Shown piece by piece: positions 19,874 through 30,492 of a stretch of 64,000 nucleotides of DNA. Each line of letters opens with the position of its first letter. The first letter of the stretch is position 1. Source of the DNA: Williopsis jadinii (Eukaryota); contig AP024668.1 of the NCBI GenBank assembly GCA_024346625.1, forward strand, positions 62,001-126,000, in the 5' to 3' direction. The notes under the pieces were generated by a model, which saw nothing but the letters and a program-made list of their open reading frames with translations, searched no databases and was not told where the DNA came from. The translations under genes and the position numbers were made by a program.

Positions 19874-22252
19874 TTAAGTTGAATGGTGGTCATTGCTCGA
19901 CCAACTCAAGCCTCGAACACGCTTTGGTTCGTTGGTAGGTCTATCACCATCCGGCTGTGCAGGTATCGACCGTTTACTTTTTTTCAATTTGAACAAGTCA
20001 TGTCCAAATATGTCTGTGGCCTTAATACCTTCCTTTGGTGGAGATTTCACCTTGTTGACGCTCTGACGAACAATATGTCTTTTTCTAACTATTGATGCCT
20101 TCTTGGATACTCTTGGGCGTTTTAATAATCCATAGACATTTGAGCCATGATTACTCGTATCCCGATTAAATACTGGAGTCGGGTTAGTCTGTTTCGAGAC
20201 TTGTAATCCGTTGTTGTCTTTCATCGAGTGACAGTTCGGCTCATAAGGAATGATTTCTAAGGCATTCTGGTTCTTTGTATACTCTCTTTCCATGAGAACA
20301 TCACCAGTATGTACATTTGTAATAAGTCCATCAAATGCACCTTGCTGTGTATCTTGGAATCGATATCCGTCGTCGTCTTCATCGGATATAATTATTGGTT
20401 TCTTTTTGACCCCTTCACTGGAATTCCCCATGGGCTCATCCTCATCATTTCCAAGAATAGCACGAGCTCTCCTTTTCAGTATTAACGCATGTCCTTGGTG
20501 GTCATCATTTACTTCTTCCTCATTAACAGAAAACACAGTTAATCTGTTTTCTGGTTGTTTGTTTATGGTATTATCTGAAGTGGACATCTCATTGGATCCT
20601 GTTAGCATGATAGCCTTTCTCTTATTGAAAGTGTTGTCCATTTTCCCTATTGATGAGTGTTGAGAATGATTACTATCATCAACAATAAGATCATCATCTT
20701 CGTTCACTCCCTCCTCAAGTCCAGTGTCATCATCGATGAATGAATCGTCAGCCACTGACATGCTTTCCCCCTCGCTGTCGGAAATGAGCTCATCAATAGG
20801 GTTCGACATTTGACTCGATCCTTCATCATCAACCACATCATCCTCCTCATCTTCTGCTTCCTCTAGCACTTCATAGTCAGAATATGGAGATTCACTGGGT
20901 ACACTGTCATTATCGACCTCTTGTTCATCGTCTTCTGATTGATCTTCCTCTTCATCCCTATCTACCGCTTTCATTTTCATTTTTCGTTTATGTTCATGGG
21001 GAATAGGTTCACTGATGATTTCAGTATCAACAATCCCAGTAACCCTGGTGCCTCCATCAGGTTCAGGGTTCCTTGTGATATATCCTCGACAGTGTTTTGA
21101 GCCGCAGTAACACTTTTCAGGGTCTTCAGTATTCTCGAAGTTATAATCATATGTTATTTCCTCACCAGCAGCAATATCCTTCTTAGCGAATAGACCAATC
21201 CTTGGAGTCTCGTCTACGACCCAATTTTGCATTTCAGCATTTGGGTCACAGGAATGATTCACGAACCTAGCCACGGAGCCGTGTTGACCTGCATCAATGA
21301 TCAAATTATCATCAAGTCTGATGAAATAATACTGCGATCTCTCCTTATATATGGTTTCGACCCTGTTCTCCACCTCAAAGAAGTCTATAACATCGCCTGT
21401 ATACTCTACAATGAGAGTGCCCCTTGAGTAAGGCCTTATAGCGAACAACCCCAAACCCTTCTGCTCAGTTGGTCTAACTTCCCAACCAGTCGCATACAGG
21501 ATTTTCGATGTCATCTGAGTGACCAAGTTGGCAAATGCCCTATTTCCACAATCTTCATGCTTAAAGGAGCAGTTTGTTGCGTTACATTCGCATTGCAGAG
21601 AACGATTTAGACAAGTATCATCACAAGGAGGTGTTGTGCAATTGCAAGATGGCCATGTCTTTGCCTTCTTTGACCGTCTCGAGGCTATCCAGTTGCATTC
21701 TTTCAAGTTGTTCTCCCAATGGAAAACCTTGTTTTCATCCGCCACAGTTGGTCGGTAGTAGTCCCAGGGCAATTTGAAGCATGTCTTTGAATTCAGCCAT
21801 TTAAGCCCGTCGCCCAACGGTAGTGGGAACTCGAAAATAGCATTCTTAGTACTTGCACACGATCCAGAATGCAATCCATAGAACGTCCTGAGCTTACCCT
21901 CGAATCTGAAGTTCAGTACCTCGTCTTCAACTGCCTTATCAACAGCAGAATCTGATGGGCTGGAAGCATCACCAGCTGTGTCAGGCTCCCTCTCATCTTC
22001 AGAGTCAGAGCCATCGTCCTGATCAACATATTGTCTCCATAGCTTGCACTTCTCCACAGCATCCAGCAGTACAGAATCGTCCTCTTTCGGGATCTCTGAA
22101 GTCTTGAAGAAGGCGTTGATAATCTCCTTCGAATGTCTCCTAACATCTGATCTCGATGTACGGTATAGTGGTAGCCCGGCTGTATCACCATGGTCCGTCA
22201 GCAACGCGAGTTCACGGAGCACGCTCTTATTCGATCTCTTGTTACGAGACAT
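19874..22252 (-). CDS. AWS-SET-postSET histone lysine methyltransferase, ASH1-like (H3K36 family)
   Basis: CNC..PCDDTCLNR...EC...NC...CGNR (AWS); KGLGL, EYTGDVI, ARFVNHSCDPN, EEITYDYNF (SET); CYCGSKHCRG (post-SET). Upstream GLHSG...FPLPLGDG.KWL...FKLPWD segment. No WW or SRI domain visible. Confidence 0.85.
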   Translation of the reverse strand: MSRNKRSNKSVLRELALLTDHGDTAGLPLYRTSRSDVRRHSKEIINAFFKTSEIPKEDDSVLLDAVEKCKLWRQYVDQDDGSDSEDEREPDTAGDASSPSDSAVDKAVEDEVLNFRFEGKLRTFYGLHSGSCASTKNAIFEFPLPLGDGLKWLNSKTCFKLPWDYYRPTVADENKVFHWENNLKECNWIASRRSKKAKTWPSCNCTTPPCDDTCLNRSLQCECNATNCSFKHEDCGNRAFANLVTQMTSKILYATGWEVRPTEQKGLGLFAIRPYSRGTLIVEYTGDVIDFFEVENRVETIYKERSQYYFIRLDDNLIIDAGQHGSVARFVNHSCDPNAEMQNWVVDETPRIGLFAKKDIAAGEEITYDYNFENTEDPEKCYCGSKHCRGYITRNPEPDGGTRVTGIVDTEIISEPIPHEHKRKMKMKAVDRDEEEDQSEDDEQEVDNDSVPSESPYSDYEVLEEAEDEEDDVVDDEGSSQMSNPIDELISDSEGESMSVADDSFIDDDTGLEEGVNEDDDLIVDDSNHSQHSSIGKMDNTFNKRKAIMLTGSNEMSTSDNTINKQPENRLTVFSVNEEEVNDDHQGHALILKRRARAILGNDEDEPMGNSSEGVKKKPIIISDEDDDGYRFQDTQQGAFDGLITNVHTGDVLMEREYTKNQNALEIIPYEPNCHSMKDNNGLQVSKQTNPTPVFNRDTSNHGSNVYGLLKRPRVSKKASIVRKRHIVRQSVNKVKSPPKEGIKATDIFGHDLFKLKKSKRSIPAQPDGDRPTNEPKRVRGLSWSSNDHHST

Positions 22253-22831
22253 CGCTCTTTGTACGCCAGACTCGTTGCCGCTATGATGGGTGTTTTGTTC
22301 TGATTGTTTGTTTACTTTTTTATGTTTGTTTTGTGGTTTTGGTGCCTACGTTGTTATATTTTGATGTCATTTTCGCTACACTGGCTCACCGTTTAAAAGC
22401 GCTTCGAGGGCCCAACACATGGCCAGTGGATGCTCATAGGGGTGACAACAAGGACTATACATGATCGCTGGATACTTTCATCAGTCTGTTGCTCTTTTGT
22501 TTCATCTTCAGGCGATGACGGTGTTGGTGTAAACTACAGGTAAGTATTGGTGTAACTACAGGTGAATCTTGCTTTAAAACATAACAGAGAACACCATTAT
22601 CTATATAAATGAGTTCAGATTTGATGTGAGTGTGCGACATAGGGCGGAAAGTCCCTCTGTCGCACATATGGAGAATACACGCCCGCTCACTCACATCACA
22701 GCAATATCTATGTACATATTCAAAGACCTGTCTTCCCCCGCAGAAACTCGAGACAGCACGGAAACACACCAGTCCTTGCGCAACAGATTGGTTCCATCTG
22801 TATACGAAACCAGTGTAAGAGTCTGGCTCCC

Positions 22832-23179
22832 TCACCATGAACCCTTACGGACACCTGGAAGCTCACCAGCCAAAGCCTTCTCTCTGAACTGGTATCTGTT
22901 GATTCTAAACTCCTTGATGATACCTCTGGCATGACCAGAGAACACACAACGATCTTTAACGGTGTTCATACGTGTATAGTTTGGCATCGTGGTCAGCTGC
23001 AGCTGGGCCTCAAGTCTGGCCCTTGAGGGCAGAGCAGTGTTTCTGGCAATGTATTTCAAGGCCTGGATGGTGACTTCATTCTCAGCAGCCATCTCACGCT
23101 TGAAGTTGTCACGCAACACACGGGCATTGACATAGCAGGTGGGGTTTTTGACCTTCACAGGGAAACGGAAACCTCCCAT
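22832..23179 (-). CDS. MRP2: Mitochondrial ribosomal protein uS14m
   Basis: RVLRDNFKR...KDRCVFSGHARG...FRINRYQFREKALAGELPGVRKGSW. Confidence 0.96.
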   Translation of the reverse strand: MGGFRFPVKVKNPTCYVNARVLRDNFKREMAAENEVTIQALKYIARNTALPSRARLEAQLQLTTMPNYTRMNTVKDRCVFSGHARGIIKEFRINRYQFREKALAGELPGVRKGSW

Positions 23180-23468
23180 CGTGTGTTATATACGGATTTG
23201 TTAACGGGTCTGTTGATGCTCCCCGTGTGTTTCTTTTGCATCGTCCGTTGCTGGAGGTTTTTTCCCTCCCCTCTGTGCCTCCGGTGTTGGAAGGATTGAG
23301 ATTCGAGGGCTCATCGGACCGGATTTAAATATACTTCACTTCATTCCACTTTCAATGGCAGGAAGGATTAGACGCTCTTTTGGCCATCTGTTGGTGTGAA
23401 CAGGGATCTGGTTGGTACTTCATTGCAAGATTTCGTTCTTAATTACCAGGAGTGTCTCAACGAGCCAA

Positions 23469-24536
23469 ATGGCTAAGTACTATGCAGTTCGAAACGGTCG
23501 TAGACCGGGGATCTACTCTACTTGGGATGAGTGCAAACAGCAAGTTGACGGGTTCAAAGGCGCTGTATACAAGAAGTTTGGTGATCTTAAAGAGGCCACG
23601 GCGTTTGCACGAGGTGCTGGATCCTCTTCATCAATGACTGCAAGGCCCTCAGTGTCGAACCAACTTCTCCAAACCACTAGACCGGTACCCAATGTTGCCA
23701 TAAACGACCTAAAGAGGAATGCACCAAGCCATTCAAAAATGAAAGATGAGTCCTACAATCCTACACATAAACGACAAAAGGCTTCATATTACGCGGTCAA
23801 CTATCCAAACGGCGAGTCGTCGGTATTCACGAAATGGGCTGACTGTCAGAAGGCTGTGCGTGGTTCCAAGGGAATCACGTTTAAGAAGTTTGACTCTCTG
23901 GACTCTGCAAAGAGATTTACATGTGGCTCAGATGACAAGGCGTTTTCAGAAGAGCAGAAAAGCACTGCACTTGACCACATAACTTCAAGGCATGGACAAC
24001 ATAGAGTCGAGTCCCACAAGACCCAGGAAGTGAAGTATGTATTCATGGATGGCTCCTATCTACCTACCCTCAAGAGATGTGGATACGGTGTGTATTTTGG
24101 GCCAAATGATCCGAGAAACCTATCTGAACCAGTAACAAGGGACTTTGACTCAACAGATTCCTTTGTTGGTGAGGTTTATGCAACTAGGGCAGCACTGTCA
24201 CATATAATGCGAGATATCGAAAAGTTTCAGGCAGGAGACTCATCCGAATTATTGCCCAAGTATGTGTTAGCAACTGATTCAGAGACTGTAATCAACATCT
24301 TGACCAAATATGCACCGACGTGGACTGACAAAGATTTTGAACAAAGGTCGGCCGGCTTAGTGCTGAAGGAGGCATACGACAAGTTCCTCAAAGTGCAATC
24401 TTTCTTCAACCTTCATTCCAAGGTGTTTGATGATCACAGATTTGAAATCAAGTGGGTTAAGGGACATAGTGGTATCGAAGGCAACGAGGCTGCAGATCAA
24501 TTAGCTAAAGCTGGTGCATTAAAGTCAAAAACGTAG
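23469..24536 (+). CDS. RNH1: Ribonuclease H1 (two hybrid-binding domains + RNase H domain)
   Basis: YYAVRNGRRPGIYSTWDECK..V.GF.GA.YKKF; second HBD YYAV..W.DC; FMDGS, GYGVYFG, TDSE, WVKGHSGIEGNEAADQLA. Confidence 0.95.
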   Translation: MAKYYAVRNGRRPGIYSTWDECKQQVDGFKGAVYKKFGDLKEATAFARGAGSSSSMTARPSVSNQLLQTTRPVPNVAINDLKRNAPSHSKMKDESYNPTHKRQKASYYAVNYPNGESSVFTKWADCQKAVRGSKGITFKKFDSLDSAKRFTCGSDDKAFSEEQKSTALDHITSRHGQHRVESHKTQEVKYVFMDGSYLPTLKRCGYGVYFGPNDPRNLSEPVTRDFDSTDSFVGEVYATRAALSHIMRDIEKFQAGDSSELLPKYVLATDSETVINILTKYAPTWTDKDFEQRSAGLVLKEAYDKFLKVQSFFNLHSKVFDDHRFEIKWVKGHSGIEGNEAADQLAKAGALKSKT

Positions 24537-24631
24537 TGAAGTGTTACCTATCTATGTACAAAGGTCTAAGCCAATATCGGTAAGAATAAATAACGAACAA
24601 ATGAGCATTCAAGGCTTTGGTCGGTTCATGA

Positions 24632-25153
24632 TCAATAGCCAAAGTACGAGATTGGTCTTGCCTTAGGCTCTGTCCACAGTTTCTTTAACAAGGTGGTGAT
24701 ACCTTCGTCTTTGGTCTCGAGTTCATAGACACCATAGAGACCAACACACGTACCAAACGCTAGTAGTCTCATTGCGTATGTGTGCCAGACTCCGTAGATT
24801 CTCTTTGGAATGTAATCAATGATACAGGACTGGAATCCGGCGTTCGAATGCACTAAGACCAAGGTCGACAACAGGGTATCCAGCAACGGATAACTCGTAC
24901 CAGAGACGAAAGGCAGGACCGCTAGTGGTACCATTGTAACAGCAACTATACGCTCATAACTCCAGTGGTATACACTGTGGTAGAAATCTGCCTCTTGGGT
25001 GGGCACCGGATCGTTAACGTCACCAACGATATGTCCTGGTGGTTCACTTGTGAGCTTGAACTTCTCAAAGTTCGGCTTCAGCGAGATGGGTCTCACAAAC
25101 CGTCTACTCAGCACGGAAACTGATCTCTTTGCACAAATACCAGGTCTGAACAT
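24632..25153 (-). CDS. SDH4: Succinate dehydrogenase cytochrome b small subunit family (Sdh4/Shh4/Tim18)
   Basis: HWSYERIVAV, HSNAGFQSCIIDYIPKR; mitochondrial presequence. Paralog identity is uncertain. Confidence 0.8.
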   Translation of the reverse strand: MFRPGICAKRSVSVLSRRFVRPISLKPNFEKFKLTSEPPGHIVGDVNDPVPTQEADFYHSVYHWSYERIVAVTMVPLAVLPFVSGTSYPLLDTLLSTLVLVHSNAGFQSCIIDYIPKRIYGVWHTYAMRLLAFGTCVGLYGVYELETKDEGITTLLKKLWTEPKARPISYFGY

Positions 25154-25618
25154 TCGAGCCGATGGGGAAAGCTAACCAATGGGAACGTCAAATGGCGTCG
25201 AGAACAGACACAGCTCCATCTCAAGTCCTCCAGATACAAATTTTCCACTGGCCGATGGCGCATCGCACTCATACCTGTGTGTCCCATACCAACCTCACAA
25301 ACGTGTCCCTATCGTGGTTACGAGCGTCTGCGCTCTCGCAAACCCTCCCATTCTTACTGTCACGTCACAAAAATTGGCAGCAAAACGCTACACCCAAACA
25401 CACAAAAACAAAACACAGGTAAACATTACACAAAAATTCGCAATTCCGCGTCTTTCATTGGCTGTCGAGCAATTTGGTGCGTTTAGGGACGAGGGAGGAA
25501 GGTGGGAAAAAACCGAAAACCTTTCTGCGAGAAATTGTACTGGAAAAGTGAAATGGAGAGAGATTCCTACTCTTTGTAGTTTCACATCAACATACTCATT
25601 TCCACACACTGATACACC

Positions 25619-26965
25619 ATGCTCTCTGCTATCAGAAGCTCTGTCACTAAGAGTGCTGTCCTCAAGCGTACCTTTGCCACCTCCTCTGGAAAGACCCAGT
25701 ACACGTCTCTTCAGAACGGTGTGACCATCGCTACGGAGTCCAACCCAGCAGCCACCTCTGCATCCATTGGTCTCTACTACGGTGCCGGTTCCACTGCTGA
25801 GAATGCGTGGAACAACGGTGTCTCCAACTTGCTGAACAAGGCTGTTGTTGGTGAGAACACCGCCGAGGCTGCTAAGAAGGGACTCGTCTTCTCCGCCAAC
25901 ACCGAGAGAGAGTACTCATCCTACCTTGTCCAAGGCTCGTCCTCTTCGCTATCCGATGCTGTTGAATTCTTGAACTCCAAGGTTGCCTCCTTTGAGTTGA
26001 ACGACGCCACCGTCTCCAAGTACCGTGAGTCCCTTGCCCAGGAGGTTGCAACTTTTGAAGAGACCCAGTTTGGCGAGAAGGCCTTGGAACACTTGCACAA
26101 CACTGCTTTCCAAAACACGCCATTGGCCTTGCCAAAGAGAGGTACCTCCGAGACCATCTCTGACTTGATCACCAGCGACTTGGCTAAGTTCCACAAGGAC
26201 AACTACGTCAGCAGCAACGCCGTTGTCGTTGCTACTGGTAACGTTGACCACGCAGCCATTGTTGATTTGGTTGAGAAGAAGTTGTCCATCCCATCCGGCA
26301 TTGCTCCAAAGGTTGCTGCTCCAAAGTTCTTGGGTTCTGAGGTTAGATTGAGAGACGACACCTTGCCAGGTGCTTGGATCGCCCTTGCTCAAAAGGGTGC
26401 CGCCGTCAACTCTCCAGATTTCTACGTTGCCAAGGTTGCTGCTGAGATCTTTGGTTCCTACAACTACCACGAGCCAATTGCTAAGAACTTGGGTGTTAAA
26501 TTGAACGGTGTTGTTAACGAGAACCACTTGGCTGATACCTACTCCCACTTCTCCCTCTCCTACAAGGGTGCCGGTTTGTTTGGTGCTCAATTCTTCATCA
26601 CAAACATTGGTCAAATCGATGACTTTGTCCACTTCTTGTTGAAGGAGTGGAACAGACTCTCCATCTCCATCACTGACACCGAGATTACCAGAGGTAAGCA
26701 ATTGTTGAAGAACAAGCTTGCCTTTGCTTTGGACTCACAAGCTGCCGTCAACCAATCCATTGGTTCTCAAATCGTTGTCTCTGGTAGAAGAGCTTCTCTC
26801 GAAGAGGCTTTTGCCAAGATTGACAAGGTTGACTCTGCTGCCATCAAGGCATGGGCCCAAGCCAACTTGTGGGATCAAGACATCGCCGTTGCAGGTACCG
26901 GTCAAATCGAGGACTTGCTTGACTACAACAGAATGAGAAACGACACCTCCATGATGAGATGGTGA
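25619..26965 (+). CDS. COR1: Cytochrome bc1 complex core subunit 1
   Basis: M16 fold lacking HxxEH (NNGVSNLL), FLGSEVRLRDDTLP, C-terminal IEDLLDYNRMRNDTSMMRW; strong codon bias. Confidence 0.95.
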   Translation: MLSAIRSSVTKSAVLKRTFATSSGKTQYTSLQNGVTIATESNPAATSASIGLYYGAGSTAENAWNNGVSNLLNKAVVGENTAEAAKKGLVFSANTEREYSSYLVQGSSSSLSDAVEFLNSKVASFELNDATVSKYRESLAQEVATFEETQFGEKALEHLHNTAFQNTPLALPKRGTSETISDLITSDLAKFHKDNYVSSNAVVVATGNVDHAAIVDLVEKKLSIPSGIAPKVAAPKFLGSEVRLRDDTLPGAWIALAQKGAAVNSPDFYVAKVAAEIFGSYNYHEPIAKNLGVKLNGVVNENHLADTYSHFSLSYKGAGLFGAQFFITNIGQIDDFVHFLLKEWNRLSISITDTEITRGKQLLKNKLAFALDSQAAVNQSIGSQIVVSGRRASLEEAFAKIDKVDSAAIKAWAQANLWDQDIAVAGTGQIEDLLDYNRMRNDTSMMRW

Positions 26966-27490
26966 TTTATCTTTGAAGGAAGATAGAAAAAGAAAAGAAC
27001 AAATAAACATAAATCCATTGTCATATTCATGCTTGCAACGACCTCATAAATTATTTCCTTTTTTGTTGTACCCTTTTCCAATTCTTCATCCTTTCAACAG
27101 AATCATCATGTCATTTAACTTGAACAGATCATCATATAACACACAGCTTTTCTCTTCCATTACAAAGAGCAATAACAGAGAAATGAAATGTGTCATAGGA
27201 TGTAGACTTGTCGTTCTTCCTTTTCATCTGTGTGTGTTGTGATGATGAATGTCAATGGGGTGGAGAGGATGCTTTAGAAGAGGAAGAGGAAGAATATGAA
27301 GAAGAAGGAAAACAGAATACAAAAGAGAAAGGTGAAGTAAATATGTATAACGAGGGGTTCTTGATGTTGTCTTTTGGATGAAGCTCTCTACATTTTTATA
27401 CAAGCCTTTTTTTATGTGTCTTTTTGTTGAAGTCTGTATATATTAATACGCAATTAAACGTTTGAAATCACTTATTATTCAAGTGTTGTA

Positions 27491-28443
27491 TTATAAAGAG
27501 GTCTCTGCGATGCCATCAAGGTCCACGTTATCCTCTGGTGACGTTGTGCGTGGCTGCTCTGAATGGTCTGTGTATACGTTGTCATCCTGTGTAACTATTG
27601 TGCTATGATCATCTGGTATCGATTCAACTAGTGCAATACCATTCTCGGGCTCAGTGGACTCTTCTTTGGATAGCTTATGCTTCTTCTCTGGTGTCGACTG
27701 GTCGTGCGATTCGCCATCAACTTTCCTCTTCTTGTAATCGTCTTCAGTCTTCAATCCCGCCAGCTCTGGATCTTGGTCTCGATCAGGATCATCAACAACT
27801 AGTTCTGCTTGTTCTTCAAAAACCATATAATTTTCACTTCCAACTTCCTCAATGTCTTCCTGAGTGAGCCAATCAATTTTGGTCAGCAGCACAGTCTGTG
27901 AATCGTCGCCCGTTAGTGATTGCTGAACCACCGTACCGTTAGCAATGTTATCTTCAGTTTCTGCAGCATCGTCTACGGGGAATGTTGAATGCGTAGACGT
28001 GACAGAGGTAATACTGTATAATGCACGAAGGAACTTCAAAGCTGTACTATACGTCTCCTTCGGGTCTAAAAGCACTTCGGCCAACCGTAGCACTGTGAAA
28101 GGTGGACTTTCGTCAAATCTCTTCTCGATATTGGAGATGATCCGTGACCTCAGAGTACACAGCACTCCATGTGCGGTATCATCGTGTCCCAGTGAGCCTG
28201 ACGCTAATAAGCCGGCAGCGGGTTCGCCATAGATGGAATCGAGTACAAAGTCTATCCTTTGCTGAATCAGCGCAACAGCATCACTCCACTTCACTGCAGA
28301 GTTCTTCACAACAAACCTCTTCTCTTTAATGATATCCTGTAATAGCATCAAGGCTGCACCATCAGCTTCGTACCTCGGTTAGTATACAATGATCATTCCT
28401 CTCCGTTCCTGGCAAGCATCTACTCACCTGTGACTTCACTCAT
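27491..28443 (-). CDS. PSY4: PP4 phosphatase regulatory subunit 2 (PPP4R2 family); 2 exons (28443-28428, 28353-27491), intron 28427-28354
   Basis: F.ESPPFTVLRLAEVLLDP..Y....KFLRAL motif. Exon 1 ATG AGT GAA GTC ACA G, then GTGAGT..TACTAAC..CAG, then CC TTG ATG restores the frame (MSEVTALMLLQD). Next to COR1 as in S. cerevisiae. Confidence 0.88.
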
Positions 28444-28741
28444 GACTGCAGCTCAATGACCACCTATGAGCACGTTCTTTCACCTCCAAGTACACTATGT
28501 TTTGGATGTCCAATGAGCAGCTTGTATGTGTGCGCGTGCCTTTGTTTTGACTCTTCTCTGTGGTAGTTACCCTTCCCTTTGGTGTGGGACAATCACCGGT
28601 AGCGCACGGGCTCGAAACCATGTGTGTGTGTGTTTTCTTCTTCATTCGCCCACTTGGGCGGTCCAAGCAGATGAAAAAAATTCAACACAGCAGCGGACGA
28701 GAACCACACAGAAGAGGGAAACGACCGTCAAAAGAGGCCAG

Positions 28742-29455
28742 ATGTTTAGATCTGTAACGACATTACGAGTTTCCACTGTATCGCTGGCTAGACCTTTGAG
28801 GGCTGTGTCGAGTGGATTGGGACTGAGATTTCAATCCACCATCAAGAACACTTCACAGGATGAGGACACCGAGAGCTGGCTCAACGCAGTTAAGGAACTG
28901 AAAGCACGTTATCAATCAGAAGGTGTTCCAGATTTCGAATCACCTCACATGCAACAGCTTGTCCAGGAGAAGTTTGAGCCAAATTCTGAGCAGCTGGCCA
29001 AGTTTGAAAGTCTGCAAGGGAAGCCTATCCCACAGAAGATTGACTCAGTGGTCCAGCACTGTACAAATATGATCATGAAAGACGGTAAGAAGGCCAAGGC
29101 TGAGAGAATAATGGCAAGGGCGCTGTATATTGTGAGATTGCAACTCAGAGAAGACCCTGTTGAGGTGTTGAAGAAGACTCTGGACCAGCTGGGTCCGTTG
29201 ATGGAGCTCAAGACGTACAAGACCCGTGTTGCTAAGAACCTCACTGTCCCTGTGCCATTGAACGAGAGACAGCGTAATAGAAGGGCATTCCTCTGGATTA
29301 TTGAAGGTTCCGAAAAGAGAAGAAGCAAGGACTTTGCTGTGAGACTCGGTGAAGAGATCATTTCTGCTTACGAAGGCAAGAGCTCTGGTTACGACAAGAG
29401 ACTACAGATGCACAAGGCTGCTATGCTCCATAGAGCTTACATCAAACTCAGATGA
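28742..29455 (+). CDS. RSM7: Mitochondrial ribosomal protein uS7m
   Basis: NMIMKDGKKAKAE, VPVPLNERQRNRRAFLWI, RLGEEIISAYEGKSSGYDKR..MHKAA; presequence from ATG 28742. Confidence 0.95.
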   Translation: MFRSVTTLRVSTVSLARPLRAVSSGLGLRFQSTIKNTSQDEDTESWLNAVKELKARYQSEGVPDFESPHMQQLVQEKFEPNSEQLAKFESLQGKPIPQKIDSVVQHCTNMIMKDGKKAKAERIMARALYIVRLQLREDPVEVLKKTLDQLGPLMELKTYKTRVAKNLTVPVPLNERQRNRRAFLWIIEGSEKRRSKDFAVRLGEEIISAYEGKSSGYDKRLQMHKAAMLHRAYIKLR

Positions 29456-29543
29456 AGACACCACCGTCTGCTGTAAATAGGGTGAACAGGAGGGAATACG
29501 CACATGTGTGTATTTGCTCTTTCAAAATATATATATAACTCTT

Positions 29544-30089
29544 TCAATCAACGCCTAAATGATCCAACTCAACGTCTTTATTGTTCTCTCTAATTGAGTC
29601 TCCAATCTGGGAAACATCATCTGTGCTCGTGAATCTGCTCAGGTCGTTTCTACTTGGGCGACTCTCGACATCCATGTCAAAGTTCACATCCTCAGGCTCC
29701 TCGGGTATTGAACTACGCAATTGCTCATATCTCTGTTGTCTTTTCTTCTCTAGGATCTTCTTATGGCAGACAACGGATAGGACAACAGCAAGTAACGACC
29801 CGCCAACGTTGCATGCGATATCCCACAAGTCGAATGTTCTGTAAGGCAGGAGCCCCTGGATGAACTCAGATATTACGCCACCGCCTAGAGTACACACTAC
29901 CACGGTCAGGTTCCTTATGGTCCTGGTGCTCTGGGCGTCGAATAACCAGTAGAACATTGTCGTCAGGATAAAGAACACCGTGAAGTGTACCAGCTTGTCA
30001 TTCTGTACCTGAACATCTGCAAACCCAAGATAAGCTGCAATTACAAGCAAAGCAACGAAAACAAAGCAGTTGATTTTTCTAATTCTCAT
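29544..30089 (-). CDS. VanZ-like membrane protein (YJR112W-A ortholog)
   Basis: NDKLVHFTVFF, SEFIQGLLPYRTFDLWDIACNVGG VanZ signature; next to RSM7. Confidence 0.85.
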   Translation of the reverse strand: MRIRKINCFVFVALLVIAAYLGFADVQVQNDKLVHFTVFFILTTMFYWLFDAQSTRTIRNLTVVVCTLGGGVISEFIQGLLPYRTFDLWDIACNVGGSLLAVVLSVVCHKKILEKKRQQRYEQLRSSIPEEPEDVNFDMDVESRPSRNDLSRFTSTDDVSQIGDSIRENNKDVELDHLGVD

Positions 30090-30492
30090 TTATCCTTACA
30101 CAGCTCACTAGGGCAATCACCGGCACTGCAAATATCAATTGACACCTCTGTCCCGGTTCTAAGATAACCATGGAAAGGAATCATCTTCAACATACACAGG
30201 TTGGAATTTACACATCAGTCTGCCATCTGCCCTCACGGGTCAATAAGCGGGCCAGTTTAGAGTTCAGAAAAACAAACCACAAAAACCACAAAAACCGCAT
30301 AGAGTTAGCCGCCCACACCCCTTTTTTTGTTTTTCCTTTATATTCTTTTCTTTACCAGGAAAGCAAATAAAAACACACACACAAAATCAGAACAATCAAC
30401 GATAAAATCCAATTACTTTAGTGGTTTCCCCCTTTCTTTCACTGTTTTTGTGTACTTTTGCTTCTCTCGCCTTTGCTATTTAAAGTAAACAA

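Noticed and set aside
25949..26701. 250-aa antisense ORF over COR1, and similar antisense ORFs over CPA2, PMT1, EDE1 and BSP1
   Set aside because: Shadow ORFs produced by the codon bias of the sense genes; no independent motifs.
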